Part shown: positions 9,174 to 15,900 of the stretch, piece by piece
Layout: each line of letters opens with the position of its first letter
Position numbering within the stretch: the stretch's first letter is position 1
Assembly: GCA_040256005.1 (NCBI GenBank)
Contig: JBDZWC010000047.1
Location: forward strand, 1 to 19,701
Source: Deinococcaceae bacterium
GTDB taxonomy: Bacteria > Deinococcota > Deinococci > Deinococcales > Trueperaceae
Direction of reading: 5' to 3'
Length of the DNA stretch: 19,701 nucleotides
Made by a program: the position numbers and the translations under genes
Notes under the pieces: generated by a model
The model's database searches: none
What the model saw: only the letters and a program-made list of their open reading frames with translations
Told to the model about the DNA's origin: nothing

Positions 9174-9210
9174 TTCTTCTTCGCCCCTCGGCTCGCAGCC
9201 CCTGTCATGG

Positions 9211-10026
9211 TCAGAGCTGGAAGTCGCTGCCCAGGTACGAGTTGCGGACCTCAGGATCGGCGGCGAAGGCGTCAGGCGTACCGTCGAAGCGTACCCGGCC
9301 GTCGAACATGAGCACCACGCGATCCGCGATGGCCAGCGTCTCCCTGACGCTGTGGTCGGTGAGTAGCACGCCGAGCCCGCGACGCGCCCTCAGGTCGTGG
9401 ATCAGCGTCTGGATCTCGCGGATCGACTTCGGATCGACGCCGGTGAACGGCTCGTCGAGCAGCAGGAAGTCGGGATCGATGGTCAGGCTCCTGGCGATCT
9501 CGAGCCGCCTGCGCTCACCGCCAGAGAGGGTGTCAGCGCGGTGATGGGCCAGGTGGCTGATGTGGAACTCCTCCAGGAGGTCGTCGGCGCGGCGGTCTTG
9601 CTCCCGTTTCGGGAGCCCCTGGAACTCCAGGATCGCCATGAGGTTGTCCCTGACGCTCATGCGCCTGAACGCGCTGGGCTCCTGAGCCAGGTAGCCGAGC
9701 CCGAGGCGCGCCCGCCTGTGCATGGGCCAGCGGGTCACGTCCTGCCCCGCCAGCCGGATGGTCCCGGTGTTGGGCCTGACGAAGCCGACCATCATGTAGA
9801 AGCTGGTGGTCTTCCCTGCTCCGTTCGGGCCCAGCAGCGCCACGATCTCGCCCCGACGCAGGTCCAGGTCGAGCGAGTCCACGACCTTCCGCCTGCCGTA
9901 GCGCTTGGACAGTCCGCGGGCCGACAGCACCTTGGCCTCGCCGTTCTCAGCGGCGTGCGCAACGGCTTCGGAGGTGGCCCCAGCCGGGCCAGGAGCCCCG
10001 TCAGGCACGCTGTTCAGGGCGTCCAT
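9211..10026 (-). CDS. lptB: LPS-export-type ABC ATPase LptB
   Basis: [74 protein letters not shown]. Start placed at ATG 10026, 8 nt after TGC-TAGCAT (ORF track gives 10044). Confidence 0.93.
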   Translation of the reverse strand: MDALNSVPDGAPGPAGATSEAVAHAAENGEAKVLSARGLSKRYGRRKVVDSLDLDLRRGEIVALLGPNGAGKTTSFYMMVGFVRPNTGTIRLAGQDVTRWPMHRRARLGLGYLAQEPSAFRRMSVRDNLMAILEFQGLPKREQDRRADDLLEEFHISHLAHHRADTLSGGERRRLEIARSLTIDPDFLLLDEPFTGVDPKSIREIQTLIHDLRARRGLGVLLTDHSVRETLAIADRVVLMFDGRVRFDGTPDAFAADPEVRNSYLGSDFQL

Positions 10027-10083
10027 CGGTTGGCATGCTAGCACGGTGCCGCCGGGGCTCCGAGTGGCGCATCCTCGCGGGGC

Positions 10084-11448
10084 TCAGCCGTCCAGCAACG
10101 CTACGAACGGCTCCTCGAGCGCCGTGCAGACCCATCTCAGGAAGCGGGCAGCCGCCGCCCCATCGATGAGCCGGTGATCGTACGTCAGCGCCAGCGGCAT
10201 TAAGGTCCGGGGCTGGAAGGAACCCCCCTCGTCCCAGACGGGCTTCACCGCGGCTCGCGAGACGCCCAGGATCGCGACGTCCGGCGGGTTGACGATGGGA
10301 GTGAAGTTCGTGCCGCCGATGCCGCCCAGATTGGAGATGGAGAAGTTGCCACCCTGCATCTCCTCGAGCGAGAGCTTGCGGCTGCGAGCCTTCTCCGCCA
10401 GCTCGCCCAGCTCGCGGGCCAGCTCGATGATGCCCTTGCTGTCCACGTCCCTCACGACGGGGACCAGCAGGCCCGCGTCGGTGTCCACGGCTACGCCGAC
10501 GTTGACGTACTGCTTGCGGACGACCTCCAGCTTGGCGACGTCGATGCTGGCGTTGAAGTCGGGGAAGCGGCGGAGCGCCACGCCAACCACTTTGAGGAGG
10601 ATGGCCGTTGGCGTGAGCTTGACGCCCTGCTTGTCCGCCTCCTTCTGGTAGCGCTTGCGGAACCTCTCGAGGTCGGTGACGTCTGCCTCGTCGAAGTGCG
10701 TGACCATGGGCACCGTCGACCAGGCGGTCGACATGGAGCGCACGGTGGCCTTGCGTATGCCGCTCATGGGCTCGCGCTCCACCTCGCCCCAGCGCGAGAA
10801 GTCGGGCAGCGGCGGGGCGGCGACGGCAGTGCCGGCCGGTGCGCGATCCGCGCCGGAAACCGCTTGCCTGACGTCCGCGGCCGAGACCCGTCCGAGGATC
10901 CCGCTGCCGTGGACGCGCCTTAGGTCCACACCCAGCTCCCTGGCCAGACGTCTCACCGACGGAGCCGCCGGCACGAGGCGACCGTTGTCGTCGTCGCTTC
11001 GGTCCGTGGCCGCAGCGGCTGGTGTCGGTCGACCGCCACCCGCCTGCCCGCTCGTCCGTGGCGGCTGAGGCTCCTGTCTGCCGGCGCCTGGCGCCGGCTC
11101 CGGCTGGGCGGGTGGGGCGCTGGGCTCCTCGGCCTGCTTCTCCTCTGCCTGCTTCTCCTCGGCCTTCGCTTCGGCGGGCTGCTCTGCCTGGGCGGGCTCT
11201 GTTGCGCCGCCCGCTTCGTCAACGACCACGAGGACCGCCCCGATGCGGGCTTCGTCGCCTTCCTTCACGTTGACGGACTGCACCACGCCGGCCGCCGTGG
11301 ACGGGACCTCGACGACGGCCTTGTCGGTCTCCAGCTCCACCAGCGGTTGGTCCTTCTGGATCTTGTCGCCCGGCTTGACGAGCACGCTGACCACGGTCCC
11401 CGACTCGATGCCCTCGCCCACGTCGGGCAGCTTGACCTCGGTAGCCAC
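10084..11448 (-). CDS. aceF: Pyruvate dehydrogenase E2, dihydrolipoamide acetyltransferase (one lipoyl domain)
   Basis: Lipoyl motif ELETDKAVVEVP, subunit-binding domain AAPSVRRLARELGVDL, catalytic TYDHRLIDG. SD GGAGGAG before the GTG. Follows aceE. Confidence 0.95.
   Translation of the reverse strand: MATEVKLPDVGEGIESGTVVSVLVKPGDKIQKDQPLVELETDKAVVEVPSTAAGVVQSVNVKEGDEARIGAVLVVVDEAGGATEPAQAEQPAEAKAEEKQAEEKQAEEPSAPPAQPEPAPGAGRQEPQPPRTSGQAGGGRPTPAAAATDRSDDDNGRLVPAAPSVRRLARELGVDLRRVHGSGILGRVSAADVRQAVSGADRAPAGTAVAAPPLPDFSRWGEVEREPMSGIRKATVRSMSTAWSTVPMVTHFDEADVTDLERFRKRYQKEADKQGVKLTPTAILLKVVGVALRRFPDFNASIDVAKLEVVRKQYVNVGVAVDTDAGLLVPVVRDVDSKGIIELARELGELAEKARSRKLSLEEMQGGNFSISNLGGIGGTNFTPIVNPPDVAILGVSRAAVKPVWDEGGSFQPRTLMPLALTYDHRLIDGAAAARFLRWVCTALEEPFVALLDG
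11125..11165 (-). repeat. 15-bp in-frame tandem repeat (about 2.7 copies) in the AceF linker, encoding KAEEKQAEEKQAEE
   Basis: Plus strand CTCCTCGGCCTGCTT / CTCCTCTGCCTGCTT / CTCCTCGGCCT. Confidence 0.8.
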
Positions 11449-11484
11449 TACAGCTCCTCCCGGCGATCGACCCTCGCACAGCGG

Positions 11485-14211
11485 TCAGTCATGGTACGGG
11501 TCCGCCTTGTTGGGCCGGATGCCGAGCGCGTCACGAGCCTTCGCTACCTCGGCGGCTTCCAGCGAGCCCTCGTCGGCGAGGGCCTTGAGCGTGGCCAGCA
11601 CGATGTGCTTCGCGTCCACTTCGAAGAAGTCGCGCAGCTCCGCCCTGGCCTCGGAGCGGCCGAACCCGTCGGTTCCCAGGCTGTACAGCGGGCGGGGCGT
11701 GTGCTTCGAGATGACGTCGGGAAGCACCTTCATGTAGTCGCTGGCGGCGACGAGGGGGCCCTTGGTCTTCTCCAGCTGCCGGTACACGTACGGCTTCTCG
11801 GCGGCATCGCCCGGGTTGAGGCGGTTGCGACGTTCGGTGATGAGCGCGTCGCGATAGAGCGCCTTGTACGAGGTGACGCTCCAGGCGTCTGCCGCGACGC
11901 CGTAGTCGCGTTCCAGGATCTCCTGTGCCTCGAGCACACAGTTCATGATGCTGCCTGAGCCGAAGAGCTGAGCGCGCAGCTTCGCCTTCTTCTTGGCGCT
12001 GGGCCGGAAGAGGTACATGCCGTTCAGCACGCCCTCCTCGAGCTCCTCGAGGGACAGGTGCTCGGGCTTGCCGGGCTGCGGGTAGTTCTCGTTCCCCACG
12101 GTGAGGTAGTAGAAGATGTCCTCCTGCTCCTCGTACATACGCCGCATGCCCTCCCGCACGATGATCGCGAGCTCATGCGCGAACGACGGGTCATAGGCCA
12201 TGAGGTTGGGGACGGGTAGCGCCAGGACGTGTGAGTTCCCGTCCTGGTGCTGCAGTCCTTCACCGGCCAGCGTCGTGCGGCCGGCCGTGGCCCCGATCAG
12301 GAAGCCCTTGACGCGACTGTCGGCAGCCGCCCAGACCAGGTCGCCGATGCGCTGGAAGCCGAACATCGAGTAGAAGAGGTAGAAGGGGATCGTGTTCACG
12401 CCGTAGTTGGCGTACGCGGTGCCGGCGGCGATGAACGACGCCATGCTGCCGGCCTCGGTGATGCCCTCCTCGAGGATCTGGCCGTCGCGCGACTCCTTGT
12501 AGTAGAGGAGGTTCGCGGAGTCCACCGGTTCGTAGAGCTGGCCGACCGGCGAGTAGATGCCGATCTGCCTGAAGAACGCCTCCATCCCGAAGGTGCGGGC
12601 CTCGTCAGGGACGATGGGCACGAGCAGCTTGCCCCAGTTCTCGTCGCGGAGCAGCTTGCGCATGAGGTTGACGATGATCATCGTCGTGGACACGGCACGG
12701 TCGCCGGAAGGCTCGAGGAACTCCGCGAAGAGCTCGCGCGGAGGAGCGACCAAGGGCTCCGCCGTGACCCTGCGCTCTGGGTGGAAGCCGCCCAGCTCCT
12801 GCCGCCGCGCCATAAGGTACTTGTGCTCCGGGCTGTCGGGGTCCATCCGCAGGAACGGCTTGTCCTTGATGTCCTCGTCGCTGATGGGCAGGTTGAAGCG
12901 GTCGCGGAACGCCTTCATCTCGTTCTCGTCGAGCTTCTTCTGCTGGTGCGTGACGTTCTGGGCCTCGCCGGCGGAGCCCATGCCGTAACCCTTGACGGTC
13001 CGGGCGATGATCACCGTGGGCTGGCCCTCGTGCTCCGTGGCCGCCTTGAACGCCGCGTAGATCTTGACCGGATCGTGGCCGCCCCGGTTGAGGCGGTTGA
13101 AGTCTTCGTCCGTGAAGTCGGCGACGAGCGCCTTGAGCTCCGGCGTGTTGAAGAAGCGCTCCTTGAGCTCAGGGCCGCCGAAGGCTGCGTAGCGTTGCGA
13201 CTCGCCGTCCACCAGCTCCTCGAATCGCTTGATGAGGACGCCTTCCTTGTCGCGCCTGAGCAGGTCGTCCCAGGCGCTGCCCCAGGCGACCTTGATCACG
13301 TTCCAGCCCGCGCCGCGGAAGATGCCCTCGAGCTCCTGGATGATCTGGCCGTTGCCGTAGACGGGACCGTCCAGGCGCTGGAGGTTCGCGTTTAGCACCC
13401 AGATCAGGTTGTCGAGCTTCGCCCGGGAGGCGACACGGATGGCTCCCAGGGTCTCGACCTCGTCGGTCTCGCCGTCGCCGATGAAGGCCCACACCTTCCC
13501 GCTGCCCTTCGGGTACAGCCCGCGGTCCTCCAGGTAGCGACGGAAGCGTGCCTGGTAGATGGACATGATGGGCCCCAGTCCCATGGACACGGTGGGGAAG
13601 CTCCAGAAGTGGGGCATGAGCCACGGGTGCGGGTACGAGGAGACACCGGGCGGGTCCGCCAGCTCGCGCCGGAAGTTGAGCAGCTCCTCCTCGGTGAGCC
13701 TGCCTTCTAGGTAGGCGCGCGCGTAGAAGCCTGGCGTGGCGTGGCCCTGGAAGTACACGAGGTCAGCGTCAGGGCCCTTCTCCGGCCCCCTGAAGAAGTG
13801 GTGCTGACCCACCTCGTAGAGGTTGGCCGCCGAGGCGTACGTGGCGATGTGCCCGCCTATGCCAGGCGAGACGGTGTTGGCGTGCACGACCATCGCCATC
13901 GCGTTCCACCTGATCATGTTGGTGATGCGCTTCTCGATGTCGAGGTCGCCCGGGTACTCGGGCTGGTCCTCGGCGGGGATGGTGTTCACGTACGAGGTGT
14001 CGGACTCGAAGGGCAGCCTCACGCCGTGTCGCTCGGCGTGGGCCTCGAGCGCGTCGAGGATCTCCTTGACCCGCTCCGGTCCACCGCTCGCCAGCACGTA
14101 GTCGAGCGACTCGAGCCACTCGCGCATCTCCTGGTTGTTGAGCTCGCGTAGCTCGCCAGGTTCCAACTGCGACCTGTCCAGGTCGAGCAGCTGATCGAGA
14201 ACGTCTGTCAT
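11485..14211 (-). CDS. aceE: Pyruvate dehydrogenase E1, homodimeric type, 908 aa
   Basis: IRWNAMAMV, GGHIATYAS, YFQGHATPG, SSYPHPWLMP, FPTVSMGLGP, ThDP motif GDGETDE...NLQRLDGP, PDEARTFGME, GEGLQHQDG, LGTDGFGRS. Confidence 0.98.
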   Translation of the reverse strand: MTDVLDQLLDLDRSQLEPGELRELNNQEMREWLESLDYVLASGGPERVKEILDALEAHAERHGVRLPFESDTSYVNTIPAEDQPEYPGDLDIEKRITNMIRWNAMAMVVHANTVSPGIGGHIATYASAANLYEVGQHHFFRGPEKGPDADLVYFQGHATPGFYARAYLEGRLTEEELLNFRRELADPPGVSSYPHPWLMPHFWSFPTVSMGLGPIMSIYQARFRRYLEDRGLYPKGSGKVWAFIGDGETDEVETLGAIRVASRAKLDNLIWVLNANLQRLDGPVYGNGQIIQELEGIFRGAGWNVIKVAWGSAWDDLLRRDKEGVLIKRFEELVDGESQRYAAFGGPELKERFFNTPELKALVADFTDEDFNRLNRGGHDPVKIYAAFKAATEHEGQPTVIIARTVKGYGMGSAGEAQNVTHQQKKLDENEMKAFRDRFNLPISDEDIKDKPFLRMDPDSPEHKYLMARRQELGGFHPERRVTAEPLVAPPRELFAEFLEPSGDRAVSTTMIIVNLMRKLLRDENWGKLLVPIVPDEARTFGMEAFFRQIGIYSPVGQLYEPVDSANLLYYKESRDGQILEEGITEAGSMASFIAAGTAYANYGVNTIPFYLFYSMFGFQRIGDLVWAAADSRVKGFLIGATAGRTTLAGEGLQHQDGNSHVLALPVPNLMAYDPSFAHELAIIVREGMRRMYEEQEDIFYYLTVGNENYPQPGKPEHLSLEELEEGVLNGMYLFRPSAKKKAKLRAQLFGSGSIMNCVLEAQEILERDYGVAADAWSVTSYKALYRDALITERRNRLNPGDAAEKPYVYRQLEKTKGPLVAASDYMKVLPDVISKHTPRPLYSLGTDGFGRSEARAELRDFFEVDAKHIVLATLKALADEGSLEAAEVAKARDALGIRPNKADPYHD

Positions 14212-14378
14212 ACCCCGGTCCTCTCACCGCGGCGCCACGATGATGGGCGCGCGCACGTCAGCAGACGTGAGTGGGGCGGCTGCCCAGCGCCACCGCGCGC
14301 CGGCCACCCCACGGATGAGCCCATCGTACCGCAAGCCCTGGGGATCCCCAGCCGGTCGAGCGACCGTCTGTAGACGGT
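14212..14378 (-). promoter_or_regulatory. Predicted aceE promoter, structured 5' leader and two upstream palindromes
   Basis: TACGAT (14328-14323) on minus strand; three hairpins in the roughly 105-nt leader; palindromes at 14338-14351 and 14363-14378. Confidence 0.5.
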
Positions 14379-14453
14379 GCTGGCGCGGTCCCGGTCCGAC
14401 TGGCGGTCGCTGGGTCGCGGCCAGGCCGCAGCCCTCTACGGGCGCGCGACCTA

Positions 14454-15176
14454 CTACTCGGCCTGCGCGCTACTTGCCACGAGGCGCCGCAGCATCTCCC
14501 TCACCAGCGCTTCCGCCCGCTCCGCCGCCAGCGCGGTGAACGCCCTGAAGTCCACGTTCGCCTGATGGTCGGCCGTGTCGCTGATGCTGCGCACGATCAC
14601 GAACGGTGTGCCCCAGGCCGCACAGACCTGAGCGCAGGCCGCCCCCTCCATCTCGGCGCAGGAGGCGGTGAACAACTCTCTGATGCGGGACGACGCGTCC
14701 TCTCCGGCCACGAACACGTCGCCGGACGCTACGCGGCCCACCACCGTCCTGACCCCCTCCAACGTTCCGCCCGCCTCTGTCGCCAGCCTGACGAGGCGCG
14801 GGTCAGCGACGAACGTGGTGCCGCTACCTGGTACCTCGCCGGGCGCGTAGCCGAGCGCCGTCACGTCAACGTCGTGCTGCACGGCCTCCGAGCCGATCAC
14901 CACGTCGCCCACGCACAGTTGAGGGTCGAGGGCTCCGGCCACGCCCGTGAAGATCACGCTACCGGCGCCCATCGAGAGCAGGTACTGGGTCAAGGCCGCC
15001 GCGTTCACTTTGCCGATCCCGCACTCGGCCAGCAGCACGTCGACGCCCTCGATGCGACCCCTGGTCACCTCGTAGGGCCCCGCTCTCTGCGCCAGGCCTC
15101 CTTCCAGGGCCGCTCGGAGCCGCTGGACCTCTTCCGCCATGGCGCCCACGACGGCGACGGGTGCCAACGAATTCAT
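14454..15176 (-). CDS. mtnN: 5'-methylthioadenosine/S-adenosylhomocysteine nucleosidase, 240 aa
   Basis: VVGAMAEEV, CGIGKVNAA, IFTGVAGAL, VQHDVDVTALGY, SGDVFV, EMEGAA, IVRSISDTAD. Start ATG 15176; tandem TAG TAG stop. Confidence 0.96.
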   Translation of the reverse strand: MNSLAPVAVVGAMAEEVQRLRAALEGGLAQRAGPYEVTRGRIEGVDVLLAECGIGKVNAAALTQYLLSMGAGSVIFTGVAGALDPQLCVGDVVIGSEAVQHDVDVTALGYAPGEVPGSGTTFVADPRLVRLATEAGGTLEGVRTVVGRVASGDVFVAGEDASSRIRELFTASCAEMEGAACAQVCAAWGTPFVIVRSISDTADHQANVDFRAFTALAAERAEALVREMLRRLVASSAQAE

Positions 15177-15184
15177 GGGTGGGG

Positions 15185-15742
15185 CTACCGGGACCTGGGC
15201 GCGGCGTTGAAGACGGCCCTGCCCAGGTAGGCGCCGATGGGCACGCCGACCGCGCCCAGGCCACACATCAGCCAGTCGATCGGCTGCCCCTGGACGGACT
15301 GCATGATCGCCATGACGCCGGCCAGGGTGACGCCGCCGACGACGGCAGTAGGCAGAGCCCTGGGCAGGCCGCGGCGGGAGAGGTAGAGCACCGCGAAGTA
15401 GCCGTACATCAGGAAGAACCCGGCGCCGATCAGGCTCTGGCCACCCTGTTTGTCTTCCACCGGGACCGCGGCCTGCAGAGCGATGAAGAACAGGGTCGCG
15501 AACATGAACACGCCCGAGAACCGGCCGGGCAGCTTCTTGCGCTCCTCCGGTGTGAGCTGAGCCACCTGCGCCGGCTTGACGGGCTGCGCGTCCGTGGGTC
15601 GCTGCTTGGCGGTCTCCCGCTGGCGCTGGCGACGCGCTCTCAGCTCCGCCACCTTGGCCCGGCGAGCCTGCCGCTTCTTGTCTCTCTCCTCTTCGGCCCG
15701 CTTGTCGGCCTTCGCTTGGGCTCGCCTGATCTGCCGGTTCAT
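15185..15742 (-). CDS. Hypothetical membrane protein, highly basic N-terminal helix plus about 4 TM segments, 185 aa
   Basis: ATG 15742 is 7 nt after TATGCT (15755-15750); MNRQIRRAQAKADKRAEEERDKKRQARR, then four hydrophobic stretches; ends 8 nt before mtnN. Confidence 0.8.
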   Translation of the reverse strand: MNRQIRRAQAKADKRAEEERDKKRQARRAKVAELRARRQRQRETAKQRPTDAQPVKPAQVAQLTPEERKKLPGRFSGVFMFATLFFIALQAAVPVEDKQGGQSLIGAGFFLMYGYFAVLYLSRRGLPRALPTAVVGGVTLAGVMAIMQSVQGQPIDWLMCGLGAVGVPIGAYLGRAVFNAAPRSR

Positions 15743-15772
15743 GGCGCGTAGCATAACCGCGCTGCGACGGCG

Positions 15773-15845
15773 TTCCGCCCGGTGGGCTCGGCGCTTCCGC
15801 CCGGTAGGCCCGCCGCTTCCGCCCCGCTGCAGCCGCCTGCTTCCG
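15773..15845 (+). repeat. Intergenic direct-repeat array with about 22-bp period
   Basis: TTCCG at 15773, 15795, 15817 and 15841. Units 1 and 2 match at 19/22 (TTCCGCCCGGTGGGCTCGGCGC vs TTCCGCCCGGTAGGCCCGCCGC). Confidence 0.75.
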
Positions 15846-15900
15846 TGCGGCAAGCGGGACTCTGAGCTGCCCGGCGGCGCGTGATAACCTCGGCTCGCTC

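Noticed and set aside
8047..9311. Ser/Ala/Cys-rich and Leu-rich plus-strand ORFs (259 aa and 304 aa)
   Set aside because: Antisense shadows of the coiled-coil codons; no motifs or start signals.
12247..13395. 382-aa ORF antisense to aceE
   Set aside because: Typical stop-poor antisense frame of a high-GC gene; no independent evidence.
15773..15845. Repeat array as a CRISPR or plasmid iteron origin
   Set aside because: Units are contiguous with no unique spacers, and there is no cas or rep gene or AT-rich unwinding region.
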